Source: a virus
IMG/VR virus record: IMGVR_UViG_3300031992_000470
DNA: 22,838 nucleotides
Reading direction: 5' to 3' (one strand)
Below are positions 1 to 6,103 of this stretch, one piece after another (the first letter of the stretch is position 1; each line of letters begins with the position of its first letter). The position numbers and the translations under genes were made by a program. The notes beneath the pieces are model-generated. The model worked only from the letters and a program-made list of their open reading frames with translations. It did no database searches and was not told where the DNA came from.

Positions 1-127
1 CACTCCTCGAGTTTCATCGTTACGAGCCAGGGACAGTTGTTCTTGCGGTGGAATACGGCGGGAAGATCGTTCTCCCCCGCGTCCCTGGTCGCCTGGGCGA
101 TCGCGTCGTATAGGTTGAGATGCTCGA
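1..127. repeat. Terminal direct repeat, copy 1 (identical to 22712-22838). This is the signature of a circular assembly overlap.
   Basis: Base-by-base comparison: 1-127 (cactcctcgagtttcatcg...gagatgctcga) equals 22712-22838. Confidence 0.95.
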
Positions 128-287
128 CCCGTTTACACTCTATGTGGATATTGGGAAGCCCCACCACATCGGGCGAGTCGGGGCTTCCCTTGTATTGCAT
201 CCCCCGACGCGTTTGATATCCATACTTGCGGAGCTCTGACGCAAGTTCCCTCTCGCCTCTCGCTCCTTTATCGCGTGAGTTTGTCAT
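1..287 (-). CDS. Holliday-junction resolvase-like PD-(D/E)XK nuclease, N-terminal part. The ORF runs off the window start and continues at 22711 -> 22654.
   Basis: ATG at 287-285 preceded by GAAAGGAGAA. Own translation: MTNSRDKGARGERELASELRKYGYQTRRGMQYKGSPDSPDVVGLPNIHIECKRVEHLNLYDAIAQATRDAGENDLPAVFHRKNNCPWLVTMKLEE..., with the GxRGE...PDV...hhIE-x-K nuclease motif. Joined product is 114 aa. Confidence 0.75.
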   Translation of the reverse strand, partial: MTNSRDKGARGERELASELRKYGYQTRRGMQYKGSPDSPDVVGLPNIHIECKRVEHLNLYDAIAQATRDAGENDLPAVFHRKNNCPWLVTMKLEE

Positions 288-555
288 CGGTTCTCCTTTC
301 TCCGTAGCATTCTTCTAATTCTGCTATCGTCTTGCGGATCACTTTCGTCCACCGATGGCAGCAATGAGCTTCTTGGTCGTACTCTTTGCAATCGTGACAC
401 CACTCCCATTCCGTGTCGTCCCTCCTTGCCTTATATGCCTCAATGGCCTCCTTGCGGTCGATGAACTCGCACTCCCAGGCGTCGCATCGGTTATCGTTCT
501 CTCCGCCGAAGGGTCGGGCGTGTGCGCAATTTTCGCAATCTCGTTTGTTCGTCAT
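268..555 (-). CDS. Hypothetical Cys-rich protein (95 aa, 10 Cys, probably metal-binding)
   Basis: The internal ATG at 555-553 has GGAGGAGG 6 nt upstream and forms an ATGA overlap with the stop of the upstream PAPS-reductase gene. CxxC and CxxxC clusters are present (DCENCAH, WCHDC, HCCH). Confidence 0.6.
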   Translation of the reverse strand: MTNKRDCENCAHARPFGGENDNRCDAWECEFIDRKEAIEAYKARRDDTEWEWCHDCKEYDQEAHCCHRWTKVIRKTIAELEECYGERRTDDKLTR

Positions 556-1361
556 ACTATCCTCCTCCACCACTTCATGACATCCTCGGGTGTGCCCCAT
601 TTGGGATATTCTCTTTTGCCGTTCTTTAGCATCCTATCGAACGCACGGAGATATGCCTTTTCGTATTTCGGCCATCTTTTGAATTGTCTTTTCTTCTCCC
701 TCTCTGTCGCCATTGGGCAGCCAATGCATCCCAGGCGGTGAAATCCCTCATCGTATAGTTTGCAATATGGAATATTGAAGCGGTGGATGAACTCCCACAC
801 TTCGTCGGTCGTCCAATCGATGATCGGGTTAAGAATGAAGCCTTTGCTCTGCAAACAATAGCGCACCATATCCTCGTCCATGTTGTCGGGGTCGAGCCTT
901 TCGCGCTCTTTAGTGTATTTCACTTCTAATCCGCTTCTCGTCAACTTACGCCTTGAAGATTCGTCCCATCTGACGCCCGTGATCTTGTCACGACCTTCGC
1001 CTCCATCCTCTTTTAGTTCTTGGCAACAATATCTCACTATCATGGTCGGCGGCATTGTGTACTTCGGGATCAGATTCCACATTGTGATCACCTTCCCGTC
1101 CTTGTCCCTCGGGAAGTCTATCGAAACATCGGGATGCTTTTCCTTGATAAACCGAACGAGCTCGGGCGGGTCGACAGAACTGACGCGATAATGTGCATCG
1201 TATTTGATCCCCGCCATGTCAGCGAGGGCTTTTATCACGCAAGAGTCCTTGCCCCCACTAAATGCGAGATACCAACTCCCGCCCCTGGGCTCGATCGCTT
1301 TGAGGCGTTCAAGGGTCACCTCCAATTTTGTCATCCCGTAGATGTTTAATTGCTCAAGCAT
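552..1361 (-). CDS. Phosphoadenosine-phosphosulfate reductase family / DndC-like PP-loop ATP pyrophosphatase
   Basis: 269 aa with the PP-loop SGGKDS, RYCCQELK...ITGVRWDESSRRK, NPIIDWTTDEVWEFI and a C-terminal GCIGCP. These are the typical PF01507-type motifs, recalled rather than searched. Confidence 0.8.
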   Translation of the reverse strand: MLEQLNIYGMTKLEVTLERLKAIEPRGGSWYLAFSGGKDSCVIKALADMAGIKYDAHYRVSSVDPPELVRFIKEKHPDVSIDFPRDKDGKVITMWNLIPKYTMPPTMIVRYCCQELKEDGGEGRDKITGVRWDESSRRKLTRSGLEVKYTKERERLDPDNMDEDMVRYCLQSKGFILNPIIDWTTDEVWEFIHRFNIPYCKLYDEGFHRLGCIGCPMATEREKKRQFKRWPKYEKAYLRAFDRMLKNGKREYPKWGTPEDVMKWWRRIV

Positions 1362-1631
1362 TTATTCCCCCATCCTTGCCCCGCAATTCGGGCAATATCT
1401 GTGAGGGCTCTCTTTTGCATAATATTGATATCCGCAGACGGAACACTCCCTCGCGCCTTTGTCCATGTCAATAAAAAGCCACTTCCCTCTTACTTGATCG
1501 GGTGATTCTACTCGAATGGTATTCGGGAGGAGTATCATGCCGGGGTAGCGGTGTTCCCATTCGTCCCGCAGCTTTTCGTATTCTTCGGGGCGGGTAAAAT
1601 AATTCAATCGCAATATGATCCTATCGTCCAT
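1362..1631 (-). CDS. Hypothetical protein with C-terminal zinc ribbon
   Basis: 89 aa. GAGGAGGA lies 6 nt upstream of the ATG. CSVC...CPNC near the C-terminus. Its TAA stop is immediately followed by the ATG of the next gene. Confidence 0.6.
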   Translation of the reverse strand: MDDRIILRLNYFTRPEEYEKLRDEWEHRYPGMILLPNTIRVESPDQVRGKWLFIDMDKGARECSVCGYQYYAKESPHRYCPNCGARMGE

Positions 1632-1643
1632 GGTTTTCCTCCT

Positions 1644-1895
1644 CTATTCCGCTATGATCTTGATGTATTTCTCTTTGCTCAACGGGCGGATCGCCTCGTC
1701 GATCGTTAGCACCTTGCGGAGCGGACATCCGTCCGCATCCGTTCGTGCGGTGCAATATGCCCATGCCATCAATGTCAGCCCGTCGTCGCCGAACTCGCTC
1801 TCGATGCTCTGAAGTCTGCAATCGTCGCACTCGCCCGGCGCGTTATCCAGGACGAGGATGCTCTTCCCCTCGAGGGGCGTGTCTTCCCACCACAT
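1644..1895 (-). CDS. Hypothetical protein
   Basis: 83-aa ORF in the operon orientation, with a GAGGTG Shine-Dalgarno about 4 nt from the ATG. No motif recognised. Confidence 0.5.
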   Translation of the reverse strand: MWWEDTPLEGKSILVLDNAPGECDDCRLQSIESEFGDDGLTLMAWAYCTARTDADGCPLRKVLTIDEAIRPLSKEKYIKIIAE

Positions 1896-1905
1896 GCTTC
1901 ACCTC

Positions 1906-2298
1906 TTAAAATGGAATATCGTCCTCGATCTTGGTGAAGCCTTCGGGAACATATTCCTCGGTCTTCGCTGCTTTCGGCTTTTCGTCATTCCAATCGATGA
2001 TATCCACCTTTGAGACCGAGATCTCGGGGCGCATTTTCTCAACGCCGTTCTTGTCCGTATAGGTGACGAGCTTCTCCGTTCCCGTGACGGCGAGACGGCC
2101 TCGCTTGAATCCGTTCCTCGCGATCGCTTCGGCGGTCGAGCCATATGCTACGATGTCGCGCCAGGTGTAAACGGGATCTCCGTTCTCTGCCTTCCCGCTA
2201 TATTCATATATGGAGTTCTGTAAGTATGTCCTTCCGTTCTTTGATGTCTTCAGCTCGGGCTCTTTCCCTAATTGCCCGATTAAAATGATTGTATTCAT
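1906..2298 (-). CDS. ssb: Single-stranded DNA-binding protein
   Basis: Start chosen at the internal ATG 2298-2296 (AAGGAGAAG upstream). MNTIILIGQLGKEPELK... is an OB-fold N-terminus, and the acidic C-terminal tail ends in EDDIPF. Confidence 0.85.
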   Translation of the reverse strand: MNTIILIGQLGKEPELKTSKNGRTYLQNSIYEYSGKAENGDPVYTWRDIVAYGSTAEAIARNGFKRGRLAVTGTEKLVTYTDKNGVEKMRPEISVSKVDIIDWNDEKPKAAKTEEYVPEGFTKIEDDIPF

Positions 2299-2375
2299 GT
2301 GCTTCTCCTTTGAGTTATCCACAACATAGGTGTCCAAAATCCGTTCGATGATTCCGGGGACTATATTCTGTATTC

Positions 2376-2430
2376 CTAATCTAATCTATACTAATCTAAT
2401 CTAATCTTATCTTATCTATTCTTATCTACG
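2376..2430. repeat. Eleven consecutive 5-bp units CTWAT (ctaat x6, cttat x3, ctata, ctatt, ending ctacg). AT-rich phased array.
   Basis: Read directly: ctaat ctaat ctata ctaat ctaat ctaat cttat cttat ctatt cttat ctacg. Confidence 0.9.
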
Positions 2431-2494
2431 GAGCACGATGTGGTACAGTTGTGCTCCGCTTGTGCTCCGTTCGTGCTCCGCTTGCGCTCCGCTA
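2429..2494. promoter_or_regulatory. Iteron array (putative replication origin). Four direct 11-bp repeats of GTGCTCCG (the last is GCGCTCCG), plus one inverted copy CGGAGCAC.
   Basis: GTGCTCCG at 2451, 2462 and 2473; GCGCTCCG at 2484, giving exact 11-bp spacing. Inverted copy at 2429-2436. The array lies immediately 3' of the initiator-like gene; its last unit (2484-2494) overlaps the gene's final Gly codon and stop codon (2492-2497). Confidence 0.6.
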
Positions 2495-2875
2495 CCCCTG
2501 GCGGAAGGCGTCGATCGTGACGCCCGTGTCCTTCAGAGTATAGGCGCGGTTGGGCTTTACCCGCAGAAGAGCCCTCTCTTCCGTGAAGGTCGACGGCGTG
2601 TATCTATCGCGCTTTATGGCGTTATTAATGAGCCAATGCTTGACCACTACACGCCCCGAAGGGAAGGCGAGAAGGAATCGCGCCTCGATGAGATCGTTCA
2701 AGTCCTCTCGGGTGAGCCCGAGGGATTGGGTGATCCTAATAGGTGCGCCGATGATCCCGTCATCGTCTGCCCCTTCGAGATTCAGATGGAAATACAGAGC
2801 TTGGGCGGGGAATGGGAGCGATATGAAGGCATCGCTCCCAATCACTTCGGGGCTAAACATCCGCCTTTTAGCCAT
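2492..2875 (-). CDS. Putative replication initiator / replisome-organizer-like winged-helix protein
   Basis: Start at the internal ATG 2875-2873 with a GAAGGAGAGGAAGG upstream. MAKRRMFSPEVIGSDAFISLPFPAQALYFHLNLEGADDDGI matches the N-terminal motif (MFSxxIxxSDxF...LYFHL...DDDG) that I recall from Firmicute phage replication/DnaD-associated proteins. Confidence 0.5.
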   Translation of the reverse strand: MAKRRMFSPEVIGSDAFISLPFPAQALYFHLNLEGADDDGIIGAPIRITQSLGLTREDLNDLIEARFLLAFPSGRVVVKHWLINNAIKRDRYTPSTFTEERALLRVKPNRAYTLKDTGVTIDAFRQG

Positions 2876-3464
2876 CTCTTTCCTTCCTCTCCTTCTTCTC
2901 GATCGCATCCCGAGCCTGGGCGAAGGTCAATTCCTCCAGGCGGGTCACGCCATAATATCCCAGGAGTCCCGCGATGTTCTCGATCGTGTCCTTTATCCGC
3001 ATTATCTGCGCAGCCGTCGCGGGTCTGTTGTCCAACTCTGCGATGGCCTTGTGAGCCTCTGTTTGCCCTTTTCCGTGGGTGTTTGTCGCGTCGGCGTCCT
3101 TTGTATCATCTATCGCAAAAAGCCCATTCAATGCGTATTTTCGGGCGTATGAGGACGCGCTCCCCGTTATCTGCGAGTCATCCATTCCCTTCTTCATCTC
3201 CGCTTCTCTTGCGAAGGCGGAGGTCGAGATCGTGTCCTCGCCGTCTGATAGGGTCGCGGTCGCTTTCACATATACGCGGCCACCCACCTCGATGATATCG
3301 TCTGATATGGTGAGGGTGACCTTCTCCTTCTTGAGGAGGGGCTTGACCGCTTCGAGGATGTCCTCACATGAGCGGTATTTGTAACCGCCGAACTTGTTCT
3401 CTTGACTTTTGGGGGCTTTCAACTCCCCTTGAATGTGGATGAGCCTCTCGTCTATGTTTCCCAT
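2868..3464 (-). CDS. erf: ERF-family single-strand annealing recombinase
   Basis: 198 aa with KAPKSQENKFGGYKYRSCEDILEAVKPLL and GSASSYARKYALNGLFAIDD, the hallmark ERF motifs. Confidence 0.85.
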   Translation of the reverse strand: MGNIDERLIHIQGELKAPKSQENKFGGYKYRSCEDILEAVKPLLKKEKVTLTISDDIIEVGGRVYVKATATLSDGEDTISTSAFAREAEMKKGMDDSQITGSASSYARKYALNGLFAIDDTKDADATNTHGKGQTEAHKAIAELDNRPATAAQIMRIKDTIENIAGLLGYYGVTRLEELTFAQARDAIEKKERKERDG

Positions 3465-3483
3465 TTCTCTCTCCTTTTCGGTC

Positions 3484-3978
3484 TTACTTGATCGTGATGT
3501 TTTGATTCGTGACCAGGGTCGCCCCTTCTATGGTCTGCCCCTCCTTGATCGCCTTCTTCAGCTTTGCCTTGTCGGGCTTGACTTCCACCTTCTCGACCAG
3601 GAACTCCTCCGGCAGATGTGCGAGGGGGTCGATCTCAACGGCCTCGCTCTTTCTGATGGACATCTGCACCCGTGTCGATTCAAATCTCGGGCGGTCGGTG
3701 CTGACCAGGTACGCCTTGAGATATTCGGCGTAATGGTCGGCGACATTGGTCTTGTGTTCTCTCCTTTTCTTGAGGTTTGCCTCTTCAGCCTTGATCGCGT
3801 CCGCCTCGGCTCTCAAGTCCTTCACGAAGAGACCGATGTTCTCGATCTTCTTCTCAAGGTCGATTTGAAGTTGGTCGAGATCTCCGTCCTCGAATAAGAT
3901 TTCCCCCGTCTCGGGGTCGAATGAGATTCCGTTCTCTATTACTTCGCGGATCGCTCCGTCAATTTCGTATAATGTCAT
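3484..3978 (-). CDS. Siphovirus Gp157-family protein (recombination accessory, adjacent to ERF)
   Basis: 164 aa. MTLYEI..., a coiled-coil middle and a C-terminal EGATL...ITIK resemble Gp157. Its position directly upstream of erf is typical. ATGA overlap with the upstream gene. Confidence 0.65.
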   Translation of the reverse strand: MTLYEIDGAIREVIENGISFDPETGEILFEDGDLDQLQIDLEKKIENIGLFVKDLRAEADAIKAEEANLKKRREHKTNVADHYAEYLKAYLVSTDRPRFESTRVQMSIRKSEAVEIDPLAHLPEEFLVEKVEVKPDKAKLKKAIKEGQTIEGATLVTNQNITIK

Positions 3979-4259
3979 GCCTTTTCATCTCTCCTTTTGA
4001 TGTACTTGTCCGCGTTCTTGTCGTATTCGCGGATGACCTCCTCGCGTGTCTGATATTTGATCCCGTGCTTCGCGCATCTTATGGCGCATATCATCTCGAT
4101 GGCGGTCTGTTCTGCCCTTGTCTTGAAGAACGGACACGAGCCGAATCCACATCGGGGGTCGACCTCTTCGAGGGCGAAGCACCCCAAGCCGAGCGCGCCC
4201 GAGTTGATGCATTCGGGATTGCTCGGGAGGAGCTTTCCGCTTGACTTTGGTCTTGCCAT
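3975..4259 (-). CDS. Hypothetical Cys-rich protein (94 aa)
   Basis: AAGGAGGG lies 5 nt upstream of the ATG. 7 Cys. No family recognised. Confidence 0.55.
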   Translation of the reverse strand: MARPKSSGKLLPSNPECINSGALGLGCFALEEVDPRCGFGSCPFFKTRAEQTAIEMICAIRCAKHGIKYQTREEVIREYDKNADKYIKRRDEKA

Positions 4260-4260
4260 G

Positions 4261-4536
4261 TTAGCCCTCCTTGCAGAAGAACGCGGTCACGAGGGTCAGT
4301 TCTCCGGGGTTGTCCCCATCATCGTTGTCCAGGATATACCCGAGCCAATTCAGAGTATGGAGGGCGGCTTTGATCTTCGTCCTCATGATCTCGTTCTTGC
4401 GTTCTCTTTCGTCCCATAACTTGCCCATCGAATCAATGGGCGGTCTGTCGCCTTGTTCGATGATCTCTGCCGACCAGGATTCTAAAAACGGGAACTGTCC
4501 CATTCTGTCATGTAAGTCCTTACTTAAACGCGTCAT
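4261..4536 (-). CDS. Hypothetical protein (91 aa)
   Basis: The internal ATG 4536-4534 is preceded by GGAAGGAGGG. The longer ORF-track start lacks a ribosome-binding site. Confidence 0.5.
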   Translation of the reverse strand: MTRLSKDLHDRMGQFPFLESWSAEIIEQGDRPPIDSMGKLWDERERKNEIMRTKIKAALHTLNWLGYILDNDDGDNPGELTLVTAFFCKEG

Positions 4537-4771
4537 TTGTGAGCCCTCCTTCCTCATCTACGCGACCGAGGAGACGATAGACGGCATAATGTGCGCCCTT
4601 TACGCGGGGCTTTTCCGTTACAATCAGCCATCCGTCCGCCCTTAAATCTGAAATACGGGCGGCGAGTCTGTCGCATCCGCACAATTTCCGGGCTTCCTTC
4701 GGCGTGATCGTGTACCCGTGCATCATCCAATTAAGGATATGAGCCTTCTGTGATTTCTTTTCTGCTTCCAT
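4520..4771 (-). CDS. Helix-turn-helix (HTH_39-like, winged-helix) DNA-binding protein
   Basis: 83 aa. ILNWMMHGYTITPKEARKLCGCDRLAARISDLRADGWLI matches the pattern of small phage HTH proteins. GAGGAGG lies 5 nt upstream. Confidence 0.55.
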   Translation of the reverse strand: MEAEKKSQKAHILNWMMHGYTITPKEARKLCGCDRLAARISDLRADGWLIVTEKPRVKGAHYAVYRLLGRVDEEGGLTNDAFK

Positions 4772-4783
4772 GTCTGCCTCCTC

Positions 4784-4912
4784 TTATATCGCCAGGGCGA
4801 ACATGATCCCGAGGATCGCGCCCTCTATCCCGAGAAGTGTGTTCCCGAGCCATGCGTGTGTGTTGATATAGTTGATCGCGGTCTTTCCGTTTTCCTTTAA
4901 TCTACCAAGCAT
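4784..4912 (-). CDS. Small membrane protein (42 aa, one C-terminal TM helix)
   Basis: ATG 4912-4910 with AAGGAGG 7 nt upstream. MLGRLKENGKTAINYINTHAWLGNTLLGIEGAILGIMFALAI. The upstream part of the ORF-track call overlaps the neighbouring gene out of frame. Confidence 0.45.
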   Translation of the reverse strand: MLGRLKENGKTAINYINTHAWLGNTLLGIEGAILGIMFALAI

Positions 4913-5289
4913 ATCCTTGCCTCCTTGTTGTTCAACTTCTCGAAGATCACCTCGCACATGGACGATGTCGCCGATGTTCTCCCGAGATGCGCGTGGGGAC
5001 AGTCGCCCCATTTGCTCCTGGCGTCGATAGTGCCGTCTGCGTTCCTCTTCGGCTCGAAGTACGGGCAATCGGCGCATGTAAGTCTCACGCCCTTCGCGAT
5101 ATACTCGTCGGCGATGTCCTCGGGTTCTCTCGCCTCTTCAATGTAGCGGATGAGTGCCTGGTCGCCGTTGACCTCGACGGACGGGCTTTTGTGCCGGAGC
5201 TCATACATTGCTTGGTTTAGTCTGTCCGTCAGCATTTCCGCGGATGCCTCTCTTATCACGCGGAACTGTTCGAATCGTTCGCTTTTCAT
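4897..5289 (-). CDS. Hypothetical protein (130 aa, CxxC-containing)
   Basis: ATG 5289-5287 with GGAGGTG 8 nt upstream. It is the first gene downstream of the promoter at 5393-5422. Confidence 0.55.
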   Translation of the reverse strand: MKSERFEQFRVIREASAEMLTDRLNQAMYELRHKSPSVEVNGDQALIRYIEEAREPEDIADEYIAKGVRLTCADCPYFEPKRNADGTIDARSKWGDCPHAHLGRTSATSSMCEVIFEKLNNKEARICLVD

Positions 5290-5326
5290 AAAAAAATCAC
5301 CTCCAAATCTAATACTACGATTCGTC

Positions 5327-5385
5327 GGTGATATGTTAGTCAAGTATTCCCGCCTTTATGATTTTAGGAATAGTTTCATATCACC
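5327..5385 (-). promoter_or_regulatory. Nested inverted repeat in the 5' leader: GGTGATATG (5327-5335) / CATATCACC (5377-5385), with an inner pair TATTCC (5345-5350) / GGAATA (5367-5372).
   Basis: Read directly. It lies between the -10 box at 5393-5398 and the ribosome-binding site at 5298-5304. Confidence 0.6.
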
Positions 5386-5392
5386 TGGTCTG

Positions 5393-5422
5393 ATTTTAGC
5401 ACCGCCACCCTTGCGGTGTCAA
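5393..5422 (-). promoter_or_regulatory. Sigma-70-type promoter (minus strand): TTGACA - 18 nt - TAAAAT
   Basis: Plus-strand tgtcaa at 5417-5422 and atttta at 5393-5398. Both hexamers are at or near consensus. Confidence 0.6.
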
Positions 5423-5425
5423 CGC

Positions 5426-5605
5426 CTATTTTCCAAATTCGGCGATATCCTTCAGAACGAGGCGGAGCATCCACCCCGGCATCGCCGTGTCCTCATGCAC
5501 CCAATGTTGAAAAGTGCGGAGCGAGATCCCGCTCCTCTTACAGTATTCCGTCTGCGTAAGCCCCGCAGCCTTGAGGGCGGTCTTTAACTGTTCCCCTTGT
5601 TTCAT
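5426..5605 (-). CDS. Cro/XRE-like helix-turn-helix transcriptional regulator (59 aa, not in the ORF track)
   Basis: ATG 5605-5603 with AGGAGGA 5 nt upstream. Own translation: MKQGEQLKTALKAAGLTQTEYCKRSGISLRTFQHWVHEDTAMPGWMLRLVLKDIAEFGK, a classic HTH core. Confidence 0.7.
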   Translation of the reverse strand: MKQGEQLKTALKAAGLTQTEYCKRSGISLRTFQHWVHEDTAMPGWMLRLVLKDIAEFGK

Positions 5606-5615
5606 GTCTTTCCTC

Positions 5616-5783
5616 CTATTTTTCTCTGCATGAGAGTAAGATTCTCTCTCTATCGCTATCCCAGGCGATGAAGTCCTGGATTGCTTTCTTTTTGCTGGCC
5701 TTTGATTGATACCCCCATATGGTTGTATGGAGTTTTGTGTCGCCTTTATAATACCATCGAATAACGAACTTTGTTTTGTCCAT
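5616..5783 (-). CDS. Hypothetical small protein (55 aa)
   Basis: The internal ATG 5783-5781 is preceded by AAGGAGGAAGG. MDKTKFVIRWYYKGDTKLHTTIWGYQSK... Confidence 0.5.
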   Translation of the reverse strand: MDKTKFVIRWYYKGDTKLHTTIWGYQSKASKKKAIQDFIAWDSDRERILLSCREK

Positions 5784-5808
5784 TTCCTTCCTCCTTGTTT
5801 TCTTCGGT

Positions 5809-5826
5809 GGGGGGCTTTCGCCCCCC
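5809..5826 (-). other. GC-only 7-bp hairpin: GGGGGGC-GAAA-GCCCCCC on the minus-strand RNA, a GNRA tetraloop
   Basis: Plus strand ggggggc tttc gcccccc. There is no U-tract on the minus strand. On the plus strand it is followed by cggggttttattt. Confidence 0.6.
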
Positions 5827-5833
5827 CGGGGTT

Positions 5834-5941
5834 TTATTTCGTCGCTTTGACGATCTTCGCGCCGTTCTCGTCGACCTGGTTGGTAACTGTCCAACCGCTC
5901 TTGTTGAGGAGTTCCTCAACGGGGTTTGTGTTGTATGTCAT
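5834..5941 (-). CDS. Micro-ORF (35 aa), first ORF of the early operon
   Basis: ATG 5941-5939 with GAAAGGAGGGG 6-7 nt upstream. MTYNTNPVEELLNKSGWTVTNQVDENGAKIVKATK. Confidence 0.45.
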   Translation of the reverse strand: MTYNTNPVEELLNKSGWTVTNQVDENGAKIVKATK

Positions 5942-5988
5942 TGTGTCCCCTCCTTTCGGGATCGTGTCTCTCTCTTGTTTACATCCTT

Positions 5989-6017
5989 ATTTTATGCCAT
6001 ATTGGCGTATTTGTCAA
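5989..6017 (-). promoter_or_regulatory. Early promoter (minus strand): TTGACA - 17 nt - TAAAAT
   Basis: Plus-strand tgtcaa 6012-6017 and atttta 5989-5994, with an exact 17-nt spacer. It sits about 45 nt upstream of the first ribosome-binding site. Confidence 0.7.
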
Positions 6018-6054
6018 TAGCAAAAATGCCATTTTTTCATATTTTTCAAAAAAT

Positions 6055-6083
6055 TTGAAATCCCTTCCCCTTTCTGCTATGAT
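6055..6083 (+). promoter_or_regulatory. Divergent promoter (plus strand): TTGAAA - 17 nt - TATGAT
   Basis: ttgaaa 6055-6060, 17-nt spacer, tatgat 6078-6083. GGAGGAGG at 6088-6095 and ATG at 6104. Confidence 0.65.
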
Positions 6084-6103
6084 TAGCGGAGGAGGTGGAT
6101 GAT

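Noticed and set aside
552-1361. Calling this gene cysH, an auxiliary metabolic gene for sulfate assimilation
   Set aside because: Only family-level motifs (PP-loop, PF01507-type core) are visible. The C-terminus and the DNA-metabolism context do not support an assimilatory CysH role, so no gene symbol is assigned.
2376-2494. Possible CRISPR array or simple microsatellite
   Set aside because: The units are 5 bp and 11 bp with no spacers, far below CRISPR repeat size. The placement next to an initiator-like gene argues for an origin or binding array instead.
2438-3295. 285-aa plus-strand ORF (and the 200-aa ORF at 2550-3152) antisense to the initiator-like and ERF genes
   Set aside because: The product is Ser/Pro/Arg-rich and low in complexity. 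There is no ribosome-binding site, and the ORF is fully antisense to two well-supported minus-strand genes. This is the typical stop-poor shadow frame of C3-biased coding DNA.
6095-6103. GTG at 6095 as the start of the plus-strand gene
   Set aside because: The GTG lies inside the GGAGGAGG Shine-Dalgarno itself. The ATG at 6104 has ideal 8-nt spacing.
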